Below are positions 8,752-19,434 of a stretch of 64,000 nt of DNA, piece by piece; position 1 is the stretch's first letter, and each line of letters begins with the position of its first letter. A program made the position numbers and the translations under genes. This DNA is from Christensenella sp. UBA7862 (GTDB lineage: Bacteria; Bacillota; Clostridia; Christensenellales; UBA1242): NCBI GenBank assembly GCA_002500135.1, contig DLSM01000004.1, forward strand, positions 25,796-89,795, written 5' to 3'. The notes below the pieces were generated by a model that was given only the letters and a program-made list of their open reading frames with translations, made no database searches and was not told where the DNA came from.

Positions 8752-10374
8752 TCAAATTGATTTCTTTTTTAGCCTAAAAAGAGTAAAAGCACGCCTTTCA
8801 TCTTTAGAGAAAGTTTTAAACAACATAATGCAAACAAAATAGATTATTGCTCCAATAACAAATGCAACGAGTGAACTTAATCTGTATGACAAAACATGTG
8901 TAATTATGAGCAAACTTGCATATATTCCCCCAATCATAATAATACTTGAAATTGTAGGAGAAATGAACGTCTGCCACAAACTTGGGCTAAGTAAAGCAAG
9001 TTTTTTAATCTGAATAACATTTAACATGCATGGGACAAAATAGCAGACAATATTTGAAACAATGGCACCTGAAATATTAAGATAAGGGATATTGATTAAA
9101 ATTAACTCAAAAATCACTTTAAATAACAATCCAATGCTCAAATTTACAACTGGAATATATGTTTTTCCAAACGCTTGCAATATGGCTATAGTCAGTTGCA
9201 AAATTGAAAGATATAGGACATTTATGCTTGAAATCATAAGCAGTGAACTTGCAACATTAAACTCATAAACGCTTTCAAAAGAATATAAAATTTTTATAAT
9301 ATTTGGCGAAAAGAACACAAAAACAAAGAAACATGGGAGCGAGACAATAATAGTTAACTTGAGTGCCATACAAATTTTTTGCGAAACGGACGCCATATCT
9401 CCACTTGCAATGGAGTAAGTTATATATGGGACAATGGTGGTGCAAAGTGATGATGAAACGGTTGCTGGAAGCCCAACAAGAGTACTTACGACCCCAGAAT
9501 TCAACCCCAAAAGTGCGGTTGCAAAAAACTTATCGAACCCCATTGATTTTAGTATATTTACAATCAAAAAGCTGTCAACAACAAGCGAAAGTGGAATGAT
9601 AAGCAAACTTAACATAAAAGGCACTGCATTTGAAAACACTTCTCTCATAAGTTTTCCTTGCGACTCAGCTTTGGCTTTAATATCGTTTTTAACCCGTTTT
9701 TTACCCTCTTTTTGCTTGTTTTTTGTATATAAATCCTTGTTTTTTATCTTAAAAGCGAAATATGACACAGCAAAATATGCACATGTGCCAATTTCTGAAA
9801 CTAATATACCAACTAATGCCCCGCATGCACCCCAAAGAACACTTTTCCCCACAAGCAAACTTGCAAGCGAAAATCCAACAGTTAATTTTACAATTTGTTC
9901 CACCACTTGCGACACTGCAGACGGAGTCATATTTTGCAATCCTTGAAAAAAACCTTTAAATGCACTTTGCACAGCAACAGCAATTATCGAAGGTGCAACA
10001 ATAAAATAACAAACATAAATGTTTGAAAGCCCTTGAAGGTGAGAAATGAGTTTTGCGAGGACAATCATCACAAGACTTAGCCCAAGCCCCAATGTAAAAA
10101 GCAACAAAAGTGACGCTTTGAAATATTTATGTGCAGCAGAAAAGTTGTCATCTGCCATAGCGGAAGAAACTTTTTTAGATATTGAAATAGTAAAACAAGA
10201 AGAAACAAAAGTTAGCAAAAAAGCGTAAACTGGGAAAATTATATAATAAATTCCCATTCCTTGCGAGCCTAAGATATTTGTAAGTGGAATTTTGTACAAA
10301 GCGCCCAAAATTTTGCAAACAATGCCGCTTATTGTAAGGATGATTGCTCCCGTTATGAAAGATTGTTTTTTCAT
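8752..10374 (-). CDS. MOP-superfamily flippase (YabM/SpoVB/MurJ-like polysaccharide or lipid II exporter)
   Basis: 540 aa and about 14 transmembrane segments. The N-terminus FITGAIILTISGIVCKILGALYKIPLTNILGSQGMG is typical of the SpoVB/YabM family. It lies directly downstream of spoVT, as in B. subtilis (spoVT-yabM). Confidence 0.8.
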   Translation of the reverse strand: MKKQSFITGAIILTISGIVCKILGALYKIPLTNILGSQGMGIYYIIFPVYAFLLTFVSSCFTISISKKVSSAMADDNFSAAHKYFKASLLLLFTLGLGLSLVMIVLAKLISHLQGLSNIYVCYFIVAPSIIAVAVQSAFKGFFQGLQNMTPSAVSQVVEQIVKLTVGFSLASLLVGKSVLWGACGALVGILVSEIGTCAYFAVSYFAFKIKNKDLYTKNKQKEGKKRVKNDIKAKAESQGKLMREVFSNAVPFMLSLLIIPLSLVVDSFLIVNILKSMGFDKFFATALLGLNSGVVSTLVGLPATVSSSLCTTIVPYITYSIASGDMASVSQKICMALKLTIIVSLPCFFVFVFFSPNIIKILYSFESVYEFNVASSLLMISSINVLYLSILQLTIAILQAFGKTYIPVVNLSIGLLFKVIFELILINIPYLNISGAIVSNIVCYFVPCMLNVIQIKKLALLSPSLWQTFISPTISSIIMIGGIYASLLIITHVLSYRLSSLVAFVIGAIIYFVCIMLFKTFSKDERRAFTLFRLKKKSI

Positions 10375-10381
10375 TTACGCC

Positions 10382-10867
10382 TCACGAACAGATTGATTTC
10401 GCAAATATTTTTGACGCAACTTCACACATTTTTTTAATTTCTTTACTCAGTTCTTCATTTGAAAGCATAAATATGTATCCGCAAACATTCCCGTCACTTT
10501 TTATATCTGTAGAAAACCCCTTTGAATAGCCTGCGAAATTCACTTCATTTATCATTTCTTGCTCAAAAATTTCTTTCAAAACGGCATTATCAATCGTTTT
10601 TTTAGATATTCCCTTTGAAACAACAACTTTTTCGTCATCACAAACTAGAACGGGATTATTTGTCATTTCAAACAGTGTATCGGCAATAATTTGCGCAAAA
10701 AACTCCAAGTTCTCAATTTCAGAAAACTTTTTTAAAACAACATTATTGTCCTTATCTATCGACATTTCAATCGAACTTCCCGGCTTAATTCCAAGCACAC
10801 GCCTCATTTCCTTTGGAACAACAACACGTCCAAGTTCATCAACTTTTCTAACCATTCCGCAACTCAT
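10382..10867 (-). CDS. spoVT: Stage V sporulation protein T-like AbrB-family regulator
   Basis: GMVRKVDELGRVVVPKEMRR..VLKKFSEIENLEFFAQIIADTLFE..VLVCDDE aligns by eye with B. subtilis SpoVT (GIVRRIDDLGRVVIPKEIRR..ILKKYSPISELGDFAKEYADALYD..VLICDRD). The architecture is a SpoVT/AbrB swapped hairpin plus a GAF-like C-terminal domain. Confidence 0.85.
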   Translation of the reverse strand: MSCGMVRKVDELGRVVVPKEMRRVLGIKPGSSIEMSIDKDNNVVLKKFSEIENLEFFAQIIADTLFEMTNNPVLVCDDEKVVVSKGISKKTIDNAVLKEIFEQEMINEVNFAGYSKGFSTDIKSDGNVCGYIFMLSNEELSKEIKKMCEVASKIFAKSICS

Positions 10868-11081
10868 AACAAAAACCCCTTTTAAATCTTGTAAGTAGTT
10901 TTTGTCTTTGCAAGAAAACTATGCAAACTTTTTGCCTATTTTGTAAAAAATTGTTATATAAATAAAAAATAACGATTTTTCTATCATTTATATGCAAAAT
11001 TTGGGTATAATTTTCTATCTCTCCCTATTGAAAAAAGCTTGAAAATATGCTAAAATATAGCGTAAAACAAAAGGGGCTATT

Positions 11082-11582
11082 ATGAAAAACTACAGACAAC
11101 TTCACAAACTTATTTTTAATTTTCCAGCGGCACGCAACAAACCTCAAGATTTACAAGTTCTCTATTCTGGGGCGTACTTGCTTGAATCATATTGTCGTCA
11201 AAATCAAGATTTAAGCCACAATTATTCACTTTCAGACACGGGCATAATTTTTGGCGGCTCGGAAACAGAACTTGAAGAAAGATTAAATAATACAGTAGGA
11301 CTTGATCAAATTTCAAGCTTACTTTCCAACATATATTTTGACCACACTGGCGAATTTTCATTTGAAGATGTTGTTGTATCATCAGCAATTTTACACTTTA
11401 TGAACAAGTTTGAGTTCCCTGCATTTCTTGACAAAAAAGAAAAGAAAAATATGTTTTTTTTGGAATTTCCAACGCTAGATTTTGATACAGCATCAGATGT
11501 TTTGCGAGCGATAAATTCAAAAACTTATGAACTTGGACAAAATTCATACTCAAATGAAAACGCTGAAGAACAATCAAGATAA
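11082..11582 (+). CDS. Hypothetical protein (166 aa)
   Basis: ORF with a GGGG/AAAGG purine run upstream. It is convergent with the next gene and shares a hairpin terminator with it. No recognisable motif. Confidence 0.5.
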   Translation: MKNYRQLHKLIFNFPAARNKPQDLQVLYSGAYLLESYCRQNQDLSHNYSLSDTGIIFGGSETELEERLNNTVGLDQISSLLSNIYFDHTGEFSFEDVVVSSAILHFMNKFEFPAFLDKKEKKNMFFLEFPTLDFDTASDVLRAINSKTYELGQNSYSNENAEEQSR

Positions 11583-11610
11583 CCAAACAAGATAACATAA
11601 AAAAGCAACA

Positions 11611-11649
11611 AAAAAACGATAGTGGAATAGCCCATTATCGTTTTTTGTA
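11611..11649. terminator. Bidirectional hairpin terminator between convergent genes
   Basis: AAACGATA (11614-11621) pairs with TATCGTTT (11636-11643). An A-run lies on the left and a T-run on the right. Confidence 0.5.
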
Positions 11650-11660
11650 TAAAAATTTGG

Positions 11661-12389
11661 TTAAATATCGTCAATATTTATGCTTTCAAAGTCCATTTCG
11701 TCCTTCTTTCTGCCATTTTCGTCACGCAAAAGTTCTTCGCCAAAACCTTCTTCTTCCACTTCTGGCATGTCCTCTGGCAGTTGTTTTACAAGATTTTCGA
11801 TAGCCCCCTCAACGCTTCTGTCCCTAAATCTGTCAAAGAAAATTCGTATTTTCCTTTCGTTCGTGTCTTCTTCAATGAGTTCTTTTTTTGACATTTCAAC
11901 TGGGTCAAGACTTAGGTCCGCATACAGAATTTCACAGACATATTGGCTCAAAAACCAAAAATAATTTGACAAGTTTAAGTCGTTGTAGCGAATGATTTGC
12001 CCCCAACGTGGACTCATCATTATCATATCAATGGCTGGGCTCATAAACGCCTTCATTTTTTGCGGAGCAAGTTTGCTGCCGTTTTTTGCAGCGATAATGT
12101 TCCATTCAAGTGACCTTTTGTAATTGATTGGGAAAAAATCTGCAAAACCACGTTTATAAATGTACCCCATGTAATCTTGCGATGGGATATGCCCCGAACA
12201 AGCGTAGGCGCAAATTTGTTCAATTCTGTTTAAGATAACTCGTTTATATTTGTCCTTATTATATCTGACATCTTCGCTAACTTGAGGCACCCACGCTCTG
12301 ATTCTCAAAAATAACTCCTTTTGGTCATCAAAACTCAATTTGTCAAAGGACTCCTTATTATAATAATTTTGATTTTCAAACAAATTCAT
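11661..12389 (-). CDS. Hypothetical protein (242 aa) with an acidic C-terminus; possible Sel1/TPR-like repeat
   Basis: The long ORF ends in EEEGFGEELLRDENGRKKDEMDFESINIDDI. The central stretch GYIYKRGF..NYKRSLEWNIIAAKNG is loosely Sel1-like by eye only. Confidence 0.55.
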   Translation of the reverse strand: MNLFENQNYYNKESFDKLSFDDQKELFLRIRAWVPQVSEDVRYNKDKYKRVILNRIEQICAYACSGHIPSQDYMGYIYKRGFADFFPINYKRSLEWNIIAAKNGSKLAPQKMKAFMSPAIDMIMMSPRWGQIIRYNDLNLSNYFWFLSQYVCEILYADLSLDPVEMSKKELIEEDTNERKIRIFFDRFRDRSVEGAIENLVKQLPEDMPEVEEEGFGEELLRDENGRKKDEMDFESINIDDI

Positions 12390-12542
12390 TTTCTATCTCC
12401 TTTGTTTTACAGTTTTTCTAAACTTCTCTTAAATTTCAGTTAAATTTTTTTTGTATTTTAGTTAAAATTTTCCTCTTAAACTCAAATTTAAACCATAAAA
12501 ATCTATATTTTTATGCCAAAATGATTTTTAAAAACAGATTTA

Positions 12543-15500
12543 CTATAATGAAAGCAAACCTATTTCAAACTCAAATTTTATGTCTTGCGAATACTCAAGT
12601 CCGTCATTGTTATATTCATAAACCAAAGTAAACGAGGCTGAAACAATGTCTTCGGTGTCCTCTTCTGTCTTAAATCTTGCAACTAAGACGAGTTCGCCAG
12701 CCGTGCCGAGGGTTAAATTTTCCAGGTCTTTTATGTGTGGATGGTTGTCTTTTGTGTCGCTGTCGGCGTAGTCTGAGAGGTCAAGGGCGGTTATCACCGA
12801 GCCATTTTGTGTGTAGATATATGTGCTAGATTTGAAAATGTTAATTACTTCACCTGATTTATAGTCAAACCCGTCGTTTCCGTCTGGATTTGTTTCAGAT
12901 TTTCTATTTGTGATGAGTGACAATGAAATGTTTTTACGAACAATGATTTGCTTTGAAATTGTAAATTCACCTGCCCCGTCAGCAAATGTGAATGTAAATT
13001 TAATTGTAACACTTTGGTCGGTTGCTAGGTCGCCGCTATAGAAGCCAAAGGCAAGGTCTGACGAACTGTTTGTTGTTTTTATGAAATTTTTTATTCCGTC
13101 TTCTGCATAGACTGTTTCAAGTGTCACTGAAATGATTTTTGAATTTTCTGCAAGAGTTGCGAGTTGACTATTTTCGAGGAATGAAATTCCGTTATTATAA
13201 GCAATCCCATTATTTTTACCAGCGGTTATTTCATTCGGATTTGCGTCTTCCCCAGCATATTTTACAACCAAGTCTTCGTTTGAAATGCTTGATTTTGCAT
13301 AGATATTTACTTCAAAATCGTGATAAACTGAACTATCCGACTTTAATGCAATTCGCACGACAAACGAAGTTTGAACAACGTCAAGTGAATTTATTGCTTT
13401 GAGAGTTATTGTGCCGTCATTGTTCAAAACAAGCCATTCCGCCGTTTCATCTGACTTCCTTATAAATGATAATGTGTAACTGCCAGCAGCGAATGGGTCA
13501 TTTTCGGTTAAAATTGCTTTACCACCATAGGTTATTTCAAGATAACTATCTTTTGTGAGCCCTACAAACATTGGAGCAAGAAGAGCGTTTTCTGCGGTTT
13601 CGCCAAGGGTTATTTCTGTTGTACTCTCCTTTTGCGAAACGTCAAATGCTCCAAGAATTTCCCTTGAAATTGAGGATAATTCTTCGCCATTGCTTGAAAT
13701 TTTGATTGTTGAATTTTGGCAAGAGAACGAGAACAGAACTTGACTGCTTGCTATGAAATCTGCATTAACTGCAAAGTTGTTGTCAGCCAAAGAGAAGGTC
13801 ACTTTGTCGTTATTTTCTTTGCTACCCATAACTGCTTCGAGGGTCAAAAATTGTCTAAAGTCGTCAGACAAAACGTCAATTTGCGAGTTGCCTTCAATTC
13901 TCTTGAGCGTAAATAGATAATTTGTATCAGTGTTTGTTGCTTTTAAAATGTGAATGTTTGAGCCGTTTATTCCAGAAATTTTGGTGGAATTTGCTTCAAC
14001 AATAAGGTTAAGTCCGGTCAATTTGAAATACAAAACTTTTGCTTCAAGACTTGGGTTGACAACCTGTTCAAAGCGTCCCAAACTTTCATTCCATTGCATG
14101 ATTGAGTTGTCGCTATTTGCATTTTGGCACAAAAATGTGAATTTTCCTAGGTAACCTTCCGCCTTATAAGGCAAAGTGGTGAAGTTTATTCCACCTTTGA
14201 AACCTTCAAGAGCAGTAAATGAGCATATGCTGTTTGGCAAATTTCCTTCTTCAAAGGCAAACTTGTAACTATAGCCAGAGATGCTTGCTGGGGTGTTCCC
14301 TTCGTAAGCAAAGCCGTAGGTCAAGTTGGAAAGATTTCCACCTGTCCATGTCAGTTGCCCAGCGTCATTCACTGTTGCCGTAAGTGAAATTGGATTGTCT
14401 TGTGAAGTCCCCATTGAGTCAAGTGACAAAATTGTTTTTTGTAAGATTTTGTCTTTAATTTCGTATTGAAGTGATTTTGTATTGCCGCTTGCGACTTTGT
14501 AATTTGTGGTGACTTCAACTGGCGAGATGTCAAGGTAAACGCTGATTTCAAATATGCTTTGAATTGGATTGCCGTCAATTTGAATTGTCACGACCTCGCC
14601 TATTGTGTAAGAAATTTTATAACCTACAACAACTCCACCTTCCCTAACTTCTTCCCAGTTGCCAAATGAAATTGTATTCTTGTTTTGGTCTTTAAGCCCG
14701 CCGCCAAGGGTGGAACTGTTATATTTTGTTTCGTCAGCAAGTCCAGAAATCTGCTTAAAATTGACTTTCAATTTGTTATTATTTACAAATGTTGTGAGTT
14801 TTGGAAGTTGCTCGCTGGAAGTTGTAACATACAAGTAACGAGTAACGCTCTTGCCGCTGTCTTTTTCGTTTTCGTCAAATTGAAATTTTGTGAAGTTTAC
14901 TGGCTGGTCATTTTCGTAAGAGTAACAATCAATATACTCGATTGCTTCCACGACCTCAATATCTGTGTTGCAATTTTCACCCAAGAAATAGATATTTTGC
15001 CCGTCTTTGTAGCACGCTTGTGAGTAAATTTTGAATGTCCCCGAGCCAGTGACTACTGCGTTTGGCGTTTTGAGAATGAGGATATTTTCGCCGTTTAGCG
15101 TTGTTTGAGTGTATTCAGAAGAAATTGTTACGCCATTAAGCACAATTATTCCGTCTGCTGGAGTGTTGCATTTTACATAGTGGACTATTTCAAAATTTTT
15201 TGCGATGCCCACTGGAGTTGCGTTGTTTTCAAACTTAATTGAGTATTTGTCTTTGTTAAAACTAAGTTCGGCGCCGCTTTTGGCTGTGAGGCTATATTGG
15301 GTTGACTCGACTTTATCTACTTCAGTGATTTTTGGCACAAGATAGAAATCTTTTTGGATTATTGTCTGCGTTTCGCCGAGTGAGCCGTCTTTGTCGTAAA
15401 ATGTTACAGTTAGTTTGATTTTATTGCCATTTGACACATAATCGAGGTATTTTTGATAGTTATTTACGAGCAAATTGAAGTACCATTCGTCCATTTCAGT

Positions 15501-16700
15501 GGAGCCAGACATGCAGTTTAAGCCATAATTTACATTCATGTCGTCTTGTGTTCCGCTTGAACGAGATATAATTCCGCCAACAGAACTGTCGTCAAATTTT
15601 ACAAAAACACTTTTGTTTAAGAATGATTGAAGTTGGTTAGTCGTTTTGCCGTCACTTGAAACAAGGTCAATTCCAAGGTTTAAACTTCCCGCTTCAGCAT
15701 TTGTGTTGTTAAGATACAATTTTGTTGTTTCGCCCAAGAATATGCTCTCTGTGTCGGTCGCAAGTGTCATTTGGTCAACTGTGTAATTGATAATAGTAAT
15801 ATCATGTGTTGCCTTGACTGCAGGGACAGACAATTTATCCAAGTCGGTTATCACTTCTGCATTGCTCTCGTAAGACGAACAGACATAGGCTTCAATGGTC
15901 ACATTGCCCACATTTTCACCGTTTGTGACGATTGAAATGGAGTTTGTAGCGACAAGTTGTCCGTTTATGTATGCATAAGTAAGTTCGGTTTGTGTTGATG
16001 TTGTGGCAGCCGCACCTTCCCCTATTTTGAAAGTAACAAGTGGATTATCATCATTTGAGGCAATTTTCAAGAAAATCTTTTTGTTAACAACATTCTGTCC
16101 TGCAAAAAGTGAGCCGTTGGTGATTGATGTTAGAGCGTTTGACGAGTTTGCAAAAGGCATAAGAGCGTTTGCAGGTGAAATGGCTACAATATCTGCAAGT
16201 TTTGTTTCGTTTGCTTTTGAGATTGATATTGAATGTCCTAGTTTTAGAGTTGATTGGTCAAGTTGAAGTTCTGCAGTTTTAACTGGAACATCAATTAGAA
16301 TTCTGCAAGTCGCAACTGCACTTTGATTTGAGCCTTCCCCTTCGTATCTGGCGTAGAGTTCCAAATATCCGCCAACTGGAGTTCCATTTGTCAAAATTGG
16401 AGCAATGTGGAAAGGTTCGCCGATTGTTATGTATTTTGGGTAATTTATAATTGCGTCACCATTTGGACTTTTTGACGTTTCAAGCACAAGTGTTCGCTTG
16501 TTCACATTTTCAGTTGATGTGTTGACGGTTAAAGAAAAGGGCCCAGATTTGACCACTTCCGCCTCGCTGAAGGAAATGGATTCAGCATAAACAGGCTTCT
16601 CGTTGAAACCGCCGAAAAGATATATTCCGCCAAGCACCAACCCCATGGCTGCTGCCGTGCATAAAAATGTTAACAAAATAACTTTTAACAATCTTCGCAT
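12543..16700 (-). CDS. Very large (about 1385 aa) N-terminally anchored extracellular protein, function unknown
   Basis: The ORF track gives 12543..16727. I prefer the ATG at 16700 (MRRLLKVILLTFLCTAAAMGLVLGGIYLF, a signal or anchor) because GGAG lies 8 nt upstream, while the ATG at 16727 has no SD. The rest is T/S/N-rich, nearly Cys-free, and has no LPXTG. Confidence 0.7.
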   Translation of the reverse strand: MRRLLKVILLTFLCTAAAMGLVLGGIYLFGGFNEKPVYAESISFSEAEVVKSGPFSLTVNTSTENVNKRTLVLETSKSPNGDAIINYPKYITIGEPFHIAPILTNGTPVGGYLELYARYEGEGSNQSAVATCRILIDVPVKTAELQLDQSTLKLGHSISISKANETKLADIVAISPANALMPFANSSNALTSITNGSLFAGQNVVNKKIFLKIASNDDNPLVTFKIGEGAAATTSTQTELTYAYINGQLVATNSISIVTNGENVGNVTIEAYVCSSYESNAEVITDLDKLSVPAVKATHDITIINYTVDQMTLATDTESIFLGETTKLYLNNTNAEAGSLNLGIDLVSSDGKTTNQLQSFLNKSVFVKFDDSSVGGIISRSSGTQDDMNVNYGLNCMSGSTEMDEWYFNLLVNNYQKYLDYVSNGNKIKLTVTFYDKDGSLGETQTIIQKDFYLVPKITEVDKVESTQYSLTAKSGAELSFNKDKYSIKFENNATPVGIAKNFEIVHYVKCNTPADGIIVLNGVTISSEYTQTTLNGENILILKTPNAVVTGSGTFKIYSQACYKDGQNIYFLGENCNTDIEVVEAIEYIDCYSYENDQPVNFTKFQFDENEKDSGKSVTRYLYVTTSSEQLPKLTTFVNNNKLKVNFKQISGLADETKYNSSTLGGGLKDQNKNTISFGNWEEVREGGVVVGYKISYTIGEVVTIQIDGNPIQSIFEISVYLDISPVEVTTNYKVASGNTKSLQYEIKDKILQKTILSLDSMGTSQDNPISLTATVNDAGQLTWTGGNLSNLTYGFAYEGNTPASISGYSYKFAFEEGNLPNSICSFTALEGFKGGINFTTLPYKAEGYLGKFTFLCQNANSDNSIMQWNESLGRFEQVVNPSLEAKVLYFKLTGLNLIVEANSTKISGINGSNIHILKATNTDTNYLFTLKRIEGNSQIDVLSDDFRQFLTLEAVMGSKENNDKVTFSLADNNFAVNADFIASSQVLFSFSCQNSTIKISSNGEELSSISREILGAFDVSQKESTTEITLGETAENALLAPMFVGLTKDSYLEITYGGKAILTENDPFAAGSYTLSFIRKSDETAEWLVLNNDGTITLKAINSLDVVQTSFVVRIALKSDSSVYHDFEVNIYAKSSISNEDLVVKYAGEDANPNEITAGKNNGIAYNNGISFLENSQLATLAENSKIISVTLETVYAEDGIKNFIKTTNSSSDLAFGFYSGDLATDQSVTIKFTFTFADGAGEFTISKQIIVRKNISLSLITNRKSETNPDGNDGFDYKSGEVINIFKSSTYIYTQNGSVITALDLSDYADSDTKDNHPHIKDLENLTLGTAGELVLVARFKTEEDTEDIVSASFTLVYEYNNDGLEYSQDIKFEFEIGLLSL

Positions 16701-16844
16701 ATTTTTTCTCCAAAGACATGTGTGCATATGTGCATTTATATATATTTTGTGGTTAATAACTGATTATATTCGTTTGCACAAATATACAGTATAATTATAT
16801 CCTTTATTATGGTTTAAAGTCAAACAATTCACCCTATTTAAAAC

Positions 16845-16874
16845 AGCAAAAAACCACTCGATTGAGTGGTTTTT
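16845..16874 (-). terminator. Rho-independent terminator ending the ribosomal alpha operon after rplQ
   Basis: Minus strand reads AAAACCACTC-aatc-GAGTGGTTTT followed by TTG. It starts 4 nt after the rplQ stop. Confidence 0.65.
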
Positions 16875-16877
16875 AGA

Positions 16878-17390
16878 TTAGATAAGTTCAACTATGCACA
16901 TTTGAGCAGCATCGCCACGTCTAACATTGGTTTTAAGAACTCTGGTATAGCCGCCAGCTTGTCCCTTTTCTGCGTTACGTGCAGCATATTTTGGAGCATA
17001 AACGTTGAAGATTTTTTCAATCAATGGGTGATTGACATCTTTTGTTCTTGCAACAAAATTTTCTTTTGATTCTTTTGGTTGGCGTTGTTCTTGCCTATCA
17101 AAAAGCTTTGCCATGATTGCACGTCTTGCTTGAAGTTTCTTTGGTCCATCGTTAAGAACTTCTTTTTTGACCTTAACTCCCTTTGAATCAACTTCTGTTT
17201 TAACAGCTTTAACTGTGTCTTGATAGGAATTGATTGCCAAAGTTAAGATCTTCTCTGCATAACTCTGCAATGCTTTTGCACGAGCAGAAGTTGTTTCAAC
17301 TTTTCCGTCCCACAAAAGAGAACTTGCTTGATTTCTGAGCAAACTGATTCTTTCCTTGGTAGGTCTATTTAGTTTTGCAATAGTAGCCAT
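16878..17390 (-). CDS. rplQ: 50S ribosomal protein L17 (long form, 170 aa)
   Basis: LNRPTKERISLLRNQ...ETTSARAKAL and C-terminal GGYTRVLKTNVRRGDAAQMCIVELI. It follows rpoA. It is about 50 aa longer than B. subtilis L17 because of internal K/E-rich insertions. Confidence 0.9.
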   Translation of the reverse strand: MATIAKLNRPTKERISLLRNQASSLLWDGKVETTSARAKALQSYAEKILTLAINSYQDTVKAVKTEVDSKGVKVKKEVLNDGPKKLQARRAIMAKLFDRQEQRQPKESKENFVARTKDVNHPLIEKIFNVYAPKYAARNAEKGQAGGYTRVLKTNVRRGDAAQMCIVELI

Positions 17391-17420
17391 TGTATTTCTC
17401 CTTTAAATTATCCGTTGTTT

Positions 17421-18374
17421 TTATTCTTCGTCATTTCTAAGTGACAATCCCATACTTTCAAGTTTGCTGATAACTTCTTCCAAACTCTTTAGTCCAAGAT
17501 TTCTAACTTTGAGCATATCGTCCTTTGATTTGCGAGTAAGGTCTTCAATAGTGTTGATATTTGCACGTTTCAAGCAGTTGTAACTTCTAACGGACAAATC
17601 CATATCTTCTATTGTCATTTCCATAACCTTAACAGGCTTTGCATCATCATGAGAAACAAGAATATCCATATCTCCCATGTATTCGACCATGTCAACGAAC
17701 AAATGAACGTGGTCTTCCATAATCTTTCCTGCCAAAGAAACAACTTCTTTTGCACTCATTGTGCCATTTGTTTGCACTTCAAGGGTCAATTTGTCAAAGT
17801 CGATTGATTGACCAACACGAGTGCTTTCAACTTTGTAGTTGACTGCTTTGACTGGTGTAAAGATTGAGTCAACGGCTATTGTGCCGATTGGGCTGTCTTC
17901 TTTTTTGTTCTTTTGAGCAGGGACATATCCTCTGCCACGACCAATAGTAACTTCCATATTGATTTCTGCATCGTCATCAAGTGTGCAGATTTTTAGGTCT
18001 GGAGTTAAAATTTCAACTTGGTCATTTGGTTCAAAGTCGCTTGCAAAAACTTCGCAAGGTCCAACTTTGTTAAGTCTGATAACTGTTGTAAAGTCTTCGT
18101 CAAGAACACTTGTTTTAACAGCCATTTCTTTGATGTTAAGCACAATGTCTGTTACATCTTCTGTAACTCCAGGCATGCTGGAAAATTCATGTTGAACACC
18201 ATCAATTTTGATTGCAACAGGAGCTGCACCTGGCATTGCACCAAGCAAAGTTCTTCTCATGCAGTTGCCAAGGGTTATGCCGTAGCCACATTCAAGTGGT
18301 TCAACAACAAATTTTGCAAAACTGCCGTCATTTTTTTCTTCAATCGAAACCTTTGGTTTTTCAATTTGCATCAT
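17421..18374 (-). CDS. rpoA: DNA-directed RNA polymerase subunit alpha
   Basis: N-terminal domain FVVEPLECGYGITLGNCMRR and C-terminal domain LSVRSYNCLKRANINTIEDL. 317 aa. Confidence 0.95.
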   Translation of the reverse strand: MMQIEKPKVSIEEKNDGSFAKFVVEPLECGYGITLGNCMRRTLLGAMPGAAPVAIKIDGVQHEFSSMPGVTEDVTDIVLNIKEMAVKTSVLDEDFTTVIRLNKVGPCEVFASDFEPNDQVEILTPDLKICTLDDDAEINMEVTIGRGRGYVPAQKNKKEDSPIGTIAVDSIFTPVKAVNYKVESTRVGQSIDFDKLTLEVQTNGTMSAKEVVSLAGKIMEDHVHLFVDMVEYMGDMDILVSHDDAKPVKVMEMTIEDMDLSVRSYNCLKRANINTIEDLTRKSKDDMLKVRNLGLKSLEEVISKLESMGLSLRNDEE

Positions 18375-18388
18375 GTGAATATCCCTCC

Positions 18389-19009
18389 TTACCTTGAATA
18401 CAACTCAATTATCATATGTTCTTGGATGTTCAAGTCGATGTCATCTCTCTTTGGAAGAGCAACAATTTTGCCGACCATTGTATCTGTGTTAAATTCCAAC
18501 CATTTTGGCATAACAATTTTGATACCTTTGAGTTGTTGGAATTTTTGCAAATCTTTTTTGCTTTCTTTCACTGAAATTTCATCGCCTTCCTTAACACAAT
18601 AAGAAGGAATGTTAACCACTTTTCCATTAACACAAATGTGTCCGTGGCTTACGATTTGGCGGCTTTCGCTTCTGCTATCGCCAATGCCCATTCTGTAAAT
18701 AACATTGTCAAGACGTCTTTCAAGCAAGCTGAGCATATTTTCACCAACAACACCTTTCATTCTGGTTGCTTGTTCATAATATTCTCTGAATTGTTTTTCA
18801 AGAAGTCCATAGGCTCTTTTAACTTTTTGCTTTTCTCTAAGTTGCATGCCATAATCTGTAACTTTCTTTCTTCCCATGCCATGTTGTCCAGGAACAACAG
18901 GTCTTTTTTCCATTGCGCACTTTGGAGAGATGCATCTGTCACCCTTCAAAAAGAGTTTGCAACCTTCTCGTCTGCAAAGTCTGCAATCTGCGTCTGTGTA
19001 TTTTGCCAT
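18389..19009 (-). CDS. rpsD: 30S ribosomal protein S4
   Basis: [31 protein letters not shown] (Cys4 type) plus an S4 RNA-binding domain. Confidence 0.95.
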   Translation of the reverse strand: MAKYTDADCRLCRREGCKLFLKGDRCISPKCAMEKRPVVPGQHGMGRKKVTDYGMQLREKQKVKRAYGLLEKQFREYYEQATRMKGVVGENMLSLLERRLDNVIYRMGIGDSRSESRQIVSHGHICVNGKVVNIPSYCVKEGDEISVKESKKDLQKFQQLKGIKIVMPKWLEFNTDTMVGKIVALPKRDDIDLNIQEHMIIELYSR

Positions 19010-19023
19010 TTCTCTATCTCCTC

Positions 19024-19416
19024 TTAAATCCTTCTCTTTTTAGGAGGACGGCAACCATTGTGTGGGATTGGAGAAACGTCACTAATTTTTGTAACGTTCA
19101 ATTCCGCAGCACCAAGAGCTCTAATTGCAGCCTCTCTGCCATTGCCAGGTCCTTTAACATAAACTTCAACTGATTTCAAGCCTTGCTCTTTTGCAAGTTT
19201 TGCTGCAGTTTCAACTGCTTGTTGAGCAGCAAATGGAGTGCTTTTTCTTGCACCTTTGAAGCCAAGTGAACCAGCACTTGACCAAGCCAAGGTGTTGCCA
19301 GCAAGGTCTGTAAATGTTACAAGTGTATTGTTGAATGATGCTTGAATGTGAACTGCACCTTTGTCAATGTTCTTTGTCTGTTTTTTCTTTCTAACGACTT
19401 TCTTTTTCTCTGCCAT
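19024..19416 (-). CDS. rpsK: 30S ribosomal protein S11
   Basis: [28 protein letters not shown]...[12 protein letters not shown]. Confidence 0.95.
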   Translation of the reverse strand: MAEKKKVVRKKKQTKNIDKGAVHIQASFNNTLVTFTDLAGNTLAWSSAGSLGFKGARKSTPFAAQQAVETAAKLAKEQGLKSVEVYVKGPGNGREAAIRALGAAELNVTKISDVSPIPHNGCRPPKKRRI

Positions 19417-19434
19417 TATCCATTACCTCCTTGC

